This document shows positions 17,370 through 26,049 of a stretch of DNA of 53,002 bases, one piece after another (within the stretch, counting starts at the first letter, position 1; every line of letters starts with the position of its first letter). This stretch comes from a virus. Lineage: Duplodnaviria; Caudoviricetes. The position numbers and the translations under genes were made by a program. The stretch covers positions 1-53,002 of the IMG/VR virus record IMGVR_UViG_3300027881_000018. The stretch is one strand, 5' to 3'. Under the pieces are notes generated by a model. That model had not been told where the DNA came from, did no database searches, and saw nothing but the letters and a program-made list of their open reading frames with translations.

Positions 17370-17617
17370 TGCTGCTTCTCCAGTGCGTCTGTATATATCT
17401 GCCTGATCGTACCGAGCAGCTTGCCGGCCGCCTCGATGTTCAACATGCTGAGATACCCGAAGCCGACGAATGCCATCTCTGCCATGTATGCCTGCTCATC
17501 GTCCTGCGTGATGCTGAGACATGACTCGTGCAGCTCCGCGAGCGCCTCTGTAATTTCCAGCGGAAAGCTACCGCGCAGCGAGTCCGCCAGTGCCTTGACG
17601 TCGATGTCATCCATCAT
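17366..17617 (-). CDS. Hypothetical protein
   Basis: MMDDIDVKAL...; coupled to neighbours. Confidence 0.55.
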   Translation of the reverse strand: MMDDIDVKALADSLRGSFPLEITEALAELHESCLSITQDDEQAYMAEMAFVGFGYLSMLNIEAAGKLLGTIRQIYTDALEKQH

Positions 17618-17846
17618 CGGCCCAGCGTCGAAATACCGGCGCGTCCGGGCAGGTCGCGAAGTGCGACTCGTGCTCGTCGTAGCTGAACTTGGTCTCGCCC
17701 GCATTCGGGCCCCGCTTCTTGGAGTCGGTCGGCACGACGTTGACCGGGATGTACTTGCCGCGCTTCGTCTTCATGAACACGATGTCGGCGTCGCATCCCT
17801 TGCATTGCTTGACGTCTTTCGGGTACGGGCCCGCGCCGAGGATCAT
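17607..17846 (-). CDS. Conserved phage zinc-binding protein
   Basis: CKGCDADIVFMKTKRGKYIPVN...SHFATCPDA motif. Confidence 0.7.
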   Translation of the reverse strand: MILGAGPYPKDVKQCKGCDADIVFMKTKRGKYIPVNVVPTDSKKRGPNAGETKFSYDEHESHFATCPDAPVFRRWADDG

Positions 17847-17998
17847 GTTGACTCGAACTCGACATTGCAGTCGGCGCAGTAGTAGTGCTCGATAATTTTC
17901 TTTCCAGCCCCGGTCGTGTTGCAGATCGGAGCCATGCCGCCGCACTCAGGACAGGCTTCAGTTGGTGTCTCTGGCCACGGTTCCTTGGGTTCACTCAT
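17843..17998 (-). CDS. Small zinc-ribbon protein (51 aa)
   Basis: MSEPKE...CPECGG...YYCADC; GGAG RBS; ATGA overlap. Confidence 0.55.
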   Translation of the reverse strand: MSEPKEPWPETPTEACPECGGMAPICNTTGAGKKIIEHYYCADCNVEFEST

Positions 17999-18120
17999 TG
18001 TCGTTTTGCTCCATGATCGCTAGATTCAAATGCGCCGAACTTCCCAAAACGATGGGCTGTTCGACGCGCACTCATGATCGCTGAGTTCATTTATGCTCGG
18101 AGCTACTGTCAACTTTCGCT

Positions 18121-18230
18121 GCCCGATCTTGCGGCTTCTCCGTTGCCTGCCGCTGCGCTGCGCCGGGTTCCCCTTGTAGCGCGTACTCGACCACCGCAAG
18201 TGGATTCCCGTCCGGTAGGCGAGGTCGGGC
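18121..18230 (+). ncRNA. Putative multi-stem structured RNA (or ssDNA) element between divergent operons
   Basis: Nested helices 18121-30/18221-30, 18145-52/18213-20, 18155-62/18175-82, 18191-94/18200-03; G-U pairs favour + strand. Confidence 0.45.
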
Positions 18231-18426
18231 GCCGACACGTTACAGTTTCTCAAGGACTGGATGTTGTGGCTTGGTGACCGGCACCCGACTCGCCAAATAT
18301 ATACCCCTTTGGGCCCCTTGAAAACACCAGTTTGAGCCGTGGGCGCGGCCCTGTTTTATTTTCCCTGATTTTTTTGTTCTTTGTGTGCTGAATCAATGCG
18401 TTACGAGCTGTTTATTTCGTTGTTTT

Positions 18427-18456
18427 TTGGCCGCTTCAGTGTGGGTGGTATATAAT
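18427..18456 (+). promoter_or_regulatory. Putative sigma70-type early promoter
   Basis: TATAAT at 18451-18456 after a T-rich stretch, ~35 nt before the first + strand gene. Confidence 0.6.
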
Positions 18457-18489
18457 GTCCATTCGGGCAGACAACGACGGAGTGTCATC

Positions 18490-18714
18490 ATGGCAATCAC
18501 CCCCCAAGACGAGCAGGCTTTTAGGCGTTACATCGAGCCATTCGGCGGCGAGCTGATGGAGATTGTGGACGGCCAAAAAATCGTGGTCCGTTTTTCGTCG
18601 ACGCTGAAGATGATGAAGGTCATCGACGGGCTCAACGAGCTTGGCGGCCGACGGTTTGTGTACAACTCGAAAATTGTGGACGAGAAGAACTACCTGACGA
18701 TTTCTGGACGGTAG
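18490..18714 (+). CDS. Hypothetical early protein
   Basis: 74 aa, GGAG RBS. Confidence 0.65.
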   Translation: MAITPQDEQAFRRYIEPFGGELMEIVDGQKIVVRFSSTLKMMKVIDGLNELGGRRFVYNSKIVDEKNYLTISGR

Positions 18715-18756
18715 TTTTTTTTGGCTTGTTTTTTTTTGACGAACAGGAGAGACACC

Positions 18757-19008
18757 ATGGCAAACTTTTACGACACCGTCCGCTGCCCGAGCGCAGTAGT
18801 AAGAGACGACGATGCGCCCTACGTAATTCGTTGTGAAGTATCTGGCGGCGTGACAGGACGCAGGACGCACCTTCTCAAGAACTACGGGTACGTCGTGGAG
18901 TTTGCGACGCGCAAGGCCGCAGAGGCGCGAGCGCGCCAGCTTACCAAGACGACAATGGACAACCCGTACCGAACTGCCAACTTTAGCTACACCGCCGAGA
19001 AGCGGTAA
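18757..19008 (+). CDS. Hypothetical early protein
   Basis: AGGAG RBS, MANFYDT... Confidence 0.7.
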   Translation: MANFYDTVRCPSAVVRDDDAPYVIRCEVSGGVTGRRTHLLKNYGYVVEFATRKAAEARARQLTKTTMDNPYRTANFSYTAEKR

Positions 19009-19017
19009 GGAGAAATC

Positions 19018-19221
19018 ATGACAGCAATAACGGCATCAGTAGTACAGATGGAGATTCGGGAGTTTCACTGGCCGGTGCGCGGACAGTGGATGCTTCGTAT
19101 CTGGCGTGAGGGCCTTCACTGTTCCTCGTTTGCCTACGACACGTACGGCTCTCGCGATGCAGCTCACGACGCCGCGCGGGATGTTGAGGCGACGGTAGTT
19201 CTCGGCAACGCATCGGAGTGA
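19018..19221 (+). CDS. Hypothetical early protein
   Basis: AAGGAG RBS, 67 aa. Confidence 0.65.
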   Translation: MTAITASVVQMEIREFHWPVRGQWMLRIWREGLHCSSFAYDTYGSRDAAHDAARDVEATVVLGNASE

Positions 19222-19261
19222 CCCATGCGGGCGCTGTCAGAGAGCGCCCTGATGGATTCAC
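19218..19261 (+). repeat. 44-nt hairpin element copy 1
   Basis: GTGA CCCAT GC GGGCGCT GTCAGAG AGCGCCC TG ATGG AT TCAC. Confidence 0.9.
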
Positions 19262-19278
19262 ACAGAGGAGTAAATGAG

Positions 19279-19689
19279 ATGTACCGAGACAGCCAATACG
19301 GACTGACGATTGATCTGAGTGGCCCAGACGGGAACGCCTTTATCCTGCTGGGCAAGGTGCGGGAATACGCGAAGCAGTTGGACAAGGACGCGAAGGCCAT
19401 CGTCGAGGAGATGATGGCGGGCGACTACAACGACCTGATCGCGGTTTTCGCTCGCGAGTTTGGCGACGTAATCACCCTGCTGAATGTGCCCGAGAGCGCG
19501 GGCGTCCGACACGACCCTCAGCCCGGCGACGACGAGCCTTTGATAGACGGGCCAGCCGCTGCGCGGCGCTGCGCCGACAACAGCTCACCGTGCGAGCGTC
19601 GCCGCAACAGCGACGACAATACTTGCGAACACTATCCGGACGAGCCTTTTTTCAACGACCCGGACTACGCGAGCGGAGGTGACTCATGA
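19279..19689 (+). CDS. Conserved phage hypothetical protein
   Basis: IDLSGPDGNAFILLG...MMAGDYNDLIAVF motif. Confidence 0.7.
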   Translation: MYRDSQYGLTIDLSGPDGNAFILLGKVREYAKQLDKDAKAIVEEMMAGDYNDLIAVFAREFGDVITLLNVPESAGVRHDPQPGDDEPLIDGPAAARRCADNSSPCERRRNSDDNTCEHYPDEPFFNDPDYASGGDS

Positions 19690-20057
19690 GCAGCGTTGAC
19701 ATCAGAACCGGAACAGAGGGACCGCGGCACGATCCCTACGGGTACGAGGAGCTAACGGTTACGAGCGAGCGTTGCGGCACGGTCACGCTTCACGAGGGGC
19801 TGGGCTGCTGGCTACGCGTCAACGGGGCCTGTGCAAACGAGGGCGATCACGATCGATGCGTCGCACTGTTCGAGCATGTTTGCGGCATCACGGCAAAGGC
19901 GGCACGGCGAGCATACGAGCGCCTTCGCAACCGATGCCAGAACTGCGGCTGCACCGACCAGCGCGCTCTGTCCGGGTATCCCGGCGAGACGCTGTACTTG
20001 TGCGTCCGCTGCGACGCCGTCGTACACGTTGACTTCAACGAGGCGGCAATCAGATAG
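19686..20057 (+). CDS. Hypothetical zinc-ribbon protein
   Basis: CQNCG...GYPGE...CVRC; GGAGG RBS. Confidence 0.65.
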   Translation: MSSVDIRTGTEGPRHDPYGYEELTVTSERCGTVTLHEGLGCWLRVNGACANEGDHDRCVALFEHVCGITAKAARRAYERLRNRCQNCGCTDQRALSGYPGETLYLCVRCDAVVHVDFNEAAIR

Positions 20058-20059
20058 GA

Positions 20060-20103
20060 GCGACCCATGCGGCCATCGTCAGAGGGTGGCCTGATGGAAT
20101 CAC
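20060..20103 (+). repeat. 44-nt hairpin element copy 2
   Basis: GCGA CCCAT GC GGCCATC GTCAGAG GGTGGCC TG ATGG AA TCAC. Confidence 0.9.
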
Positions 20104-20118
20104 ACCAAGGAGAAACTG

Positions 20119-20523
20119 ATGCACACCAAAATCACCAAGATTGACAAGGCGGCCTGCGGGCTGATTCGGGATCGGATCAATAAGGAGCTGGCCGAGGCCG
20201 TAGCGAAACTTGGGCTGACCGCAAAGGCCGGCCACGCCAGCTACGACGACCACAGCGTGACCATCAGGGTCGAGGTTGCGCTGGCTGGCTTCGACAAGGC
20301 GCGGCACGAGTTCGACGCGTACTGCCACATGTACGGGCTCACCCTGCGCGACTACGGCAGCACGTTCCGGCGCGGCAACGCCACGTACAAGATTGTCGGC
20401 CTGAACCCGAATGCACCGAAGTATCCGATCATCGCCGAGCTACCCAGCGGCAAGCGATACAGGTTCACGCTGGACGCGATTAAGACCAGCGATAGCTGGG
20501 AGCGAAACACCGAGCTGGCGTGA
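20119..20523 (+). CDS. Hypothetical early protein
   Basis: 134 aa, AAGGAG RBS. Confidence 0.75.
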   Translation: MHTKITKIDKAACGLIRDRINKELAEAVAKLGLTAKAGHASYDDHSVTIRVEVALAGFDKARHEFDAYCHMYGLTLRDYGSTFRRGNATYKIVGLNPNAPKYPIIAELPSGKRYRFTLDAIKTSDSWERNTELA

Positions 20524-20563
20524 TCCCTGCGAGCGTCGTGACAGGGCGCTCTGAGGGAATCAT
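20520..20563 (+). repeat. 44-nt hairpin element copy 3
   Basis: GTGA TCCCT GC GAGCGTC GTGACAG GGCGCTC TG AGGG AA TCAT. Confidence 0.9.
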
Positions 20564-20585
20564 CCCATGCAACGAGGAGAACATC

Positions 20586-20762
20586 ATGACTGAAAGAACA
20601 CCGATGGAAAAATTGGCCGGCATTAAGACCGAGCTGATCACACTGAAGCCGCGGCTGACGCAGGAGTACCAGCGCAACATTGAGACCTGTATCGGATGGT
20701 GCCGTGATCTTGAGGAACACTTGACGGTGATCGACGCCGAGGACGACGACGATACATCGTGA
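20586..20762 (+). CDS. Small hypothetical protein
   Basis: 58 aa, GAGGAG RBS. Confidence 0.6.
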   Translation: MTERTPMEKLAGIKTELITLKPRLTQEYQRNIETCIGWCRDLEEHLTVIDAEDDDDTS

Positions 20763-20802
20763 TCTCTGCGAGCGCGGCCAGAGCGCGCTCTGAGGGAATC
20801 AT
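20759..20802 (+). repeat. 44-nt hairpin element copy 4
   Basis: GTGA TCTCT GC GAGCGCG GCCAGAG CGCGCTC TG AGGG AA TCAT. Confidence 0.9.
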
Positions 20803-20825
20803 CCCGTAACCAAGAGGAGAAGACC

Positions 20826-21917
20826 ATGTCTAAGGGAATGTCATTGCAGGAACTGGCCGTCGAGCTTGAGCGTCAGAAAAACGCCAAGCGAGACTTCATG
20901 GCCGACACGAAGGAACTGAGGGTAGAGCCGAACGAGGCGAGCCCGACGAACCTGTCGCTGCACATCGGGCAGCAGGATCAGTTCCCGATCAACAAGCACG
21001 CCGTCCGTCAGATCGGGGCGCGTCTCGAGATACCGGCGAAGTACGTTGACCGGCTGGCAGAGAAGCATCCCGACCTTCTGGCGTGGAATGTCAACACGCT
21101 GTTTGAGCGCGAGCCCGAGACGCGAATGGTTCGTGTTCTCGACGACAACGTGCGCGCCTTCCTGTCCGAGCGGTTCCGTCCCCTCGATAACTTTGACTTC
21201 GCCAACGCGGTGCTGCCGAAGCTGATCGAGACCGGCTGCGAGGTCAAGTCTTGTGAGATCACGGAGAGCCGCTTGTACATCAAGGCTTTTCGCCCCGGCG
21301 TCGAGCGCGAGATCAAGAAGCCCGGTACGCACATGGGCGACGGCGGTCACAACGTGATCCACAAGCTGCGACCCGGACTGTGCCTCAGCAACAGCGAGGT
21401 CGGCGCGGGATCGATGGCGGTTCAGCCCGGTGTCGATGAGGAGTGGTGCAGCAACTTGGCGCTGTTCAGCAAGAACGCCATGAAGAAGTACCACGTCGGG
21501 CGCAAGCAGGGCAACGATCAGGAGTCGATGTGGGAGATCTTCACCGACGCCACCAAGCGAGCCAGCGACAAGGCATTCTGGCTACAGGTGGCCGATCTGG
21601 TCGACGCCTCTCTGGACGGCGATCTGTTCGAGCAGATGGTCGCGGAGTGCGAGGCCAAGATGCTCGGCACCGAGATCGTCAAGCCGAGCGTTGCCATCAA
21701 GGAGCTGGCCAACCTCTCCGAGACTGAGGAGGAGGGCATCCTCGCTGAGCTGATCAAGGGCGGCGACCTGTCGCAGTTCGGGATGCAGTACGCCGTAACC
21801 CGGTTCGCGCAGGCGCGCGACGTCAGCTACGACCGGCAGGTCGAGCTTGAGCAACTGGGCGGCAACATCATCGAGCTACCCACCAAGGACTGGGAACGTA
21901 TCGCGCTGGCCGCGTAG
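20826..21917 (+). CDS. DUF932-family protein
   Basis: SLQELAVELERQ...RAFLSERFRPLDN...GLCLSNSEVGAGS...WCSN. Confidence 0.75.
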   Translation: MSKGMSLQELAVELERQKNAKRDFMADTKELRVEPNEASPTNLSLHIGQQDQFPINKHAVRQIGARLEIPAKYVDRLAEKHPDLLAWNVNTLFEREPETRMVRVLDDNVRAFLSERFRPLDNFDFANAVLPKLIETGCEVKSCEITESRLYIKAFRPGVEREIKKPGTHMGDGGHNVIHKLRPGLCLSNSEVGAGSMAVQPGVDEEWCSNLALFSKNAMKKYHVGRKQGNDQESMWEIFTDATKRASDKAFWLQVADLVDASLDGDLFEQMVAECEAKMLGTEIVKPSVAIKELANLSETEEEGILAELIKGGDLSQFGMQYAVTRFAQARDVSYDRQVELEQLGGNIIELPTKDWERIALAA

Positions 21918-21927
21918 AAGAAACGCC

Positions 21928-22131
21928 ATGCTGTTAACACGCAAGCAACGCGAAGCACTGAAGGCCGTATTTGATCGGCAGCCAGTGTACGAGCAGTTCA
22001 CGCGAAACCGGCTAACTTATCGCCAGTTCAGGCGCTTAGTGAAACCGGAAATAGGTGGCTTTGGCGCGGCGATGGTGCCGTGGTGCGGTATGTGGCTAGG
22101 CATCGAAAAAGATGGCCACACCCACAGCTAG
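21928..22131 (+). CDS. Conserved small phage protein
   Basis: TYRQFRR...MVPWCGMWLGIEKDGHTHS. Confidence 0.65.
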   Translation: MLLTRKQREALKAVFDRQPVYEQFTRNRLTYRQFRRLVKPEIGGFGAAMVPWCGMWLGIEKDGHTHS

Positions 22132-22136
22132 AGGAG

Positions 22137-22180
22137 GTGATCCATGCGAGCGTCGTCAGAGGGCGCTCCGGTGGAATCAC
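22137..22180 (+). repeat. 44-nt hairpin element copy 5
   Basis: GTGA TCCAT GC GAGCGTC GTCAGAG GGCGCTC CG GTGG AA TCAC. Confidence 0.9.
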
Positions 22181-22194
22181 ACCGAGGAGATGAC

Positions 22195-22494
22195 ATGAGC
22201 ATTTTGTTCACGCAGTTTTTGTTACCCGACGGTCACACGCGAGAGATGTGGATCAGGCGACCGCGAGCAGTCGAGCTACTGGCCCGTCAGCTCAGGGACG
22301 CGGGACACCGCTTCGAGATCGAGACGCTGACCACTGGCGAAATCTCTATGACGGTCGAGGCCGACGGCGAGGACGGCGCGGAGATCGTGCGCTCTCACCA
22401 GATTTGTGCCAACGGACCGCCAGTTCTCAAAAGCGTCGACACGATGATGGCCGAAGCGTATCTCAACTGGCAGTCGGGCAAGGCGGCCTACTGA
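22195..22494 (+). CDS. Hypothetical protein
   Basis: MSILFTQFLLPDG...; GAGGAG RBS. Confidence 0.7.
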   Translation: MSILFTQFLLPDGHTREMWIRRPRAVELLARQLRDAGHRFEIETLTTGEISMTVEADGEDGAEIVRSHQICANGPPVLKSVDTMMAEAYLNWQSGKAAY

Positions 22495-22823
22495 TGGGGC
22501 ACCGGGAGGGTGAGAACCGCACCGTGCTGCCGTTCGCAGACGACGACGCGCGAATCATCGACGACCGGGAGTGGCCCGAGGACGACCCGTACGAACTTCA
22601 GCGACAGCGCGACATCGACGAGGAGAGAGAGATGAACCACAGGGCCGACATGGAGGCCGCCGAGGCGGCATTTAAGAACTGGCTGCACCGTCAGGGCGAC
22701 CTGAGCGCGAAGTCGATCCATCAGGCGGTGCGGACCGCCTTTTTCGACGGCGCTCAGTTCGGCATCGAGCTGTGCAAAAAGATCAACGACGAGATCATCG
22801 CAGAGGTGAAGGGCGATGACTGA
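22494..22823 (+). CDS. Hypothetical protein
   Basis: TGATG coupling; alternative internal start possible. Confidence 0.5.
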   Translation: MGHREGENRTVLPFADDDARIIDDREWPEDDPYELQRQRDIDEEREMNHRADMEAAEAAFKNWLHRQGDLSAKSIHQAVRTAFFDGAQFGIELCKKINDEIIAEVKGDD

Positions 22824-22915
22824 CGCCGAGTGGCTAGAGATGGCCCTCGTTACCATCGACCGTTGCCCCCGCATGATGGCGAGGGCGGCGGTTCTTTTTG
22901 ACATGAGACAGGAGA

Positions 22916-23785
22916 ATGACCATGACCGACAAAGACGACTACGACGACATCCCCGAGGGATACGTCGTCACCGAGAGCCTGAACGACGGCCCGATGGTGC
23001 TGGCACCGGACGGTACGCAGACCCCGCTTGAGGCATTCAGAACGGCCCTTGCTGTAGGAGCCGAACCGATCAGCGAGTTTGAGATGGGCCTGCACACGGC
23101 TGGACCGACCAGCTCGTGGATGGACAGCGACCCGGATCTGCTCGATCAGTCGCTGGCCCGACGACGCAAGAACCGCACCGCCCTCATGGACTGGCTGTGG
23201 GGTGCGCTCGTGCAGGGCGTCGACTACGGGCAGATCAAGGCGACCCAGAAGCCAGCCCTGTGGCAGCCGGGTGCAGAGAAGCTCTGCGGCTACCTCGACC
23301 TGATCCCGTCCTTCCCCGACGCGGAGAAGTACGTAGAGGTCGCGGCGCAGGGCGGCAAGATCGGCGACATCGTGGTGCGCTGCTTTTTGACGGACGCCTC
23401 CGGGCGGCTGGTGGGCGAGGGCATGGGAGCCAGAGAGCCCGAGCAGAACCCCAAGCTGAACGACCGCATCAAGATGGCGCAGAAGTCGGCGCTGATCGAC
23501 GCGGTGAAACGCTGCGCCGGTCTCAGCGAGGTGTTCACTCAGGACGAGGCAGACGAGGGTGCGGGCGCTCCCATCGACAAGGAGGCCCGGAACTATCTGC
23601 TGGAGAAGGCGCAGGCGCTGTTCGGAGAGGAGAAGGGCGATGCCGTTCTCATGTCCCTTGCCAAGCGGCGCTTCGGCTTCGACGGCGGCGACTGGCACCT
23701 GATCCCGGCCATGCGATTGCAGGATGCGGTCAGGTCGCTTGAGGAGAAGGCCGCCGAGGGCTTCAAGCCGGAGGCCGAGGCGTGA
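22916..23785 (+). CDS. Putative single-strand annealing protein / recombinase
   Basis: GVDYGQI...KPALWQPGAEKL...IKMAQKSALIDAV...SEVFTQD; YqaJ exonuclease in same operon. Confidence 0.6.
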   Translation: MTMTDKDDYDDIPEGYVVTESLNDGPMVLAPDGTQTPLEAFRTALAVGAEPISEFEMGLHTAGPTSSWMDSDPDLLDQSLARRRKNRTALMDWLWGALVQGVDYGQIKATQKPALWQPGAEKLCGYLDLIPSFPDAEKYVEVAAQGGKIGDIVVRCFLTDASGRLVGEGMGAREPEQNPKLNDRIKMAQKSALIDAVKRCAGLSEVFTQDEADEGAGAPIDKEARNYLLEKAQALFGEEKGDAVLMSLAKRRFGFDGGDWHLIPAMRLQDAVRSLEEKAAEGFKPEAEA

Positions 23786-24090
23786 ACCAGTGCTACGAGT
23801 GCAAGTACCGAAGGCCGGCGCCGGGCAGCACGCACAGCAAGTGCGAGCATCCCGCGACGAAGGGCGGCGACAACAAGAGGGCCGAGCTGCTGGCAATTCT
23901 GGCGAGCGTCGGTCGAGGCGGACCCGCCATTGGGCCGGGTGCCGAGGAGCTGGCGATAACAGCCGACGCGCACGGACTGGCAAGTGGCTGGTTCAACTGG
24001 CCCTTTAACTTCGATCCCACATGGCTCGGCAACTGCGACGGCTTTACAGCGAAGGAGACACAGCATGAGAACGCTACTGGTCGGGCTTGA
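23782..24090 (+). CDS. Cys-rich hypothetical protein
   Basis: CYECKY...HSKC...GWFNWPFNFDPTWLGNCDGF. Confidence 0.65.
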   Translation: MNQCYECKYRRPAPGSTHSKCEHPATKGGDNKRAELLAILASVGRGGPAIGPGAEELAITADAHGLASGWFNWPFNFDPTWLGNCDGFTAKETQHENATGRA

Positions 24091-24583
24091 CAACCCGCAC
24101 TCTACCGATCCGAAGAACGCGCTGGCCCCGCTTCCGGCGAACGCTACCGGAAGCCGGATCGTCGAGATGATTCAGACGAGCCTGACCGACTACACGATGC
24201 GAGACTATCTGCGCGACTTCGACCGGCTGAACCTCTATCCGATCAAGGCCGCCGCGTCCGGCAAGGGCGCGACCAAGACGGATCGGCTCATGGCCCAGTG
24301 GTGCCTGATGGTTGCCGTCGTAGCGGGGTACGACAATATCGTGCTGTTCGGCAATCGGGTCAGGGCCGCGTTCGCGGACATCGTGGAACTGGACGCTGAC
24401 CTTGCTCTCGACTACCGAACCATCGACGCGGACTGGCTCGTGAAGGGACACAGGCTCACGTTCTTTGCCGTGCCGCATCCGTCCGGTCGCAACCGCTGGT
24501 ACAACGACAAGCGCAATCAGGTGGCCGTCGGCGACACGCTCATGCGGCTCAGAGAGCGACGACACAAGGAGCGATCAAGATGA
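24065..24583 (+). CDS. Uracil-DNA glycosylase superfamily-like protein
   Basis: LLVGLDNP, IVLFGNRV and VPHPSGRNRWYND motifs. Confidence 0.65.
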   Translation: MRTLLVGLDNPHSTDPKNALAPLPANATGSRIVEMIQTSLTDYTMRDYLRDFDRLNLYPIKAAASGKGATKTDRLMAQWCLMVAVVAGYDNIVLFGNRVRAAFADIVELDADLALDYRTIDADWLVKGHRLTFFAVPHPSGRNRWYNDKRNQVAVGDTLMRLRERRHKERSR

Positions 24584-24840
24584 TGACCCGAGACGACTAC
24601 TCGAAGATGGTCGAGGGCGTGACCTGCCGGTGGTGCGGCTACACGCTGCCGACCGAGATTCAGAACTACAACCACGGCGGAGGGTGGCAGCTAGACGGCT
24701 ACACCCGCCGCCAGTGGCTCTTCGTCGAGTGCCGCCGCTGCGACTATCAGTGGTCGCTGGCCAAGCTCGGCATCCCCCGAAATGTTGGAGAAACCATACT
24801 GGCGTCGAGCGACGCCGAAGGAGCGAGACATGATCTTTGA
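24580..24840 (+). CDS. Zinc-ribbon hypothetical protein
   Basis: CRWC...CRRC. Confidence 0.6.
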   Translation: MMTRDDYSKMVEGVTCRWCGYTLPTEIQNYNHGGGWQLDGYTRRQWLFVECRRCDYQWSLAKLGIPRNVGETILASSDAEGARHDL

Positions 24841-25234
24841 CTTAATCAGAGACTCAGCAACAGAGACGCTGACGCACGGCGAGCGTGTGTTTGCCTACTA
24901 CGAGAAGCACCACAGAGCTATCGTCGAAGTGTGTTCGGCCCTAGCCAAGATCGAGGACAAGGTGATCAGAACGCAGGCGACGACCGGAGCCATCGACCTG
25001 AATATCAGCGGCGACCGGCATGTCCTGAATGCAGTATTCGCTGCGTTCCGCAAGCTCGGCTACGAGCCCGGTACCCGGCCCGGAAAGGAACCGGAGCCCA
25101 GCTTCTCGACCTACTTTAGTCACACGGAACACGACTGTAAATTCTGGCTCAGCTTCACCTCGTCCCAGTGTACCCGCGTCAAGGTCGGCACGAAGACGCA
25201 GACCATCGACGTGTACGAGACAGTCTGTGAATAG
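24830..25234 (+). CDS. Hypothetical protein
   Basis: AAGGAG RBS, MIFDLIRDS... Confidence 0.65.
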   Translation: MIFDLIRDSATETLTHGERVFAYYEKHHRAIVEVCSALAKIEDKVIRTQATTGAIDLNISGDRHVLNAVFAAFRKLGYEPGTRPGKEPEPSFSTYFSHTEHDCKFWLSFTSSQCTRVKVGTKTQTIDVYETVCE

Positions 25235-25577
25235 CGTCAGGTACGGCGACGGGCGATCAGGCGACGTCCTTCAGGATGCCGTGCGGCGTCGTGCAATCGA
25301 ACACGACTGGCACCGGCTGCGGGATCAGGACGCCGAGTGGCGGCTCTTTCAGCGGATCGTGACGCGGGTCGTCCTCGTGATCGCGGCCCTGTTCGTCCTC
25401 GGCACGCTGACCGGCTGCGACTCGCCGGAAAAGAAGTGCGGCAGGTGGGACGCCATGGTCAAGGGCTATGAGCTCTGTGCCGCCGACCCCGGCTGTCGAA
25501 TGAAGATCAGGAACTACGACGCGCTGACTCACGCACGCATCGAACGGGCGCAGTGGTGCCCGGAGGAGAAGCTATGA
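25227..25577 (+). CDS. Membrane or lipoprotein-like early protein
   Basis: VVLVIAALFVLGTLTGC hydrophobic stretch with lipobox-like LTGC; start uncertain. Confidence 0.5.
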   Translation: MNSVRYGDGRSGDVLQDAVRRRAIEHDWHRLRDQDAEWRLFQRIVTRVVLVIAALFVLGTLTGCDSPEKKCGRWDAMVKGYELCAADPGCRMKIRNYDALTHARIERAQWCPEEKL

Positions 25578-25819
25578 GCAAGTACTACTACAGCTTTGGC
25601 CAGAGCCACACGCACCGAGTCCACGGCGTGACGCTCGACAAGGACAGCATCGTCGAGATCATCGCGCCTGATGATGAAAGAGGGATGGAGGCGGCCCGAG
25701 CAAAGATGTTCGATACGTTCGGGCAGAAGTGGTCCATGCAGTACGACGATGCCAGCCTCGATCTAAGCTACTTTCCTCGCGGCATAGTCCTGACGCTTCA
25801 CGCTGGGGGCTCGCCATGA
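25574..25819 (+). CDS. Hypothetical protein
   Basis: YYSFGQSH...ARAKMFDTFGQKWSMQY; GGAGG RBS. Confidence 0.7.
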   Translation: MSKYYYSFGQSHTHRVHGVTLDKDSIVEIIAPDDERGMEAARAKMFDTFGQKWSMQYDDASLDLSYFPRGIVLTLHAGGSP

Positions 25820-26049
25820 ATATCACCATCACAATCAATACCGATAACGCAGCATTTGACGACTGGCACGGCGGTGAATTGCGCAACATCCTAGCGGCTA
25901 TCGCAGACGGGATTGAGGCCGGTCGCTACTCTGCCCGTCCGGCAGACCCCGCACAACTGTGTACGGATAACGAAGCATTCGGCGAAAATGGTGCGCGGAT
26001 TATGGACAGCAACGGGAACACGTGCGGCAGCATCAAGGTGTCGCCATGA
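25816..26049 (+). CDS. Conserved small phage protein
   Basis: ITINTDNAAF...IMDSNGNTCG. Confidence 0.65.
   Translation: MNITITINTDNAAFDDWHGGELRNILAAIADGIEAGRYSARPADPAQLCTDNEAFGENGARIMDSNGNTCGSIKVSP

Noticed and set aside
19218-22180. 44-nt repeats as a CRISPR array or integron attC sites
   Set aside because: Separated by whole genes, no cas or integron integrase, no RYYYAAC/GTTRRRY ends
22850-23983. 377-aa minus-strand ORF
   Set aside because: Shadow of the putative annealase gene
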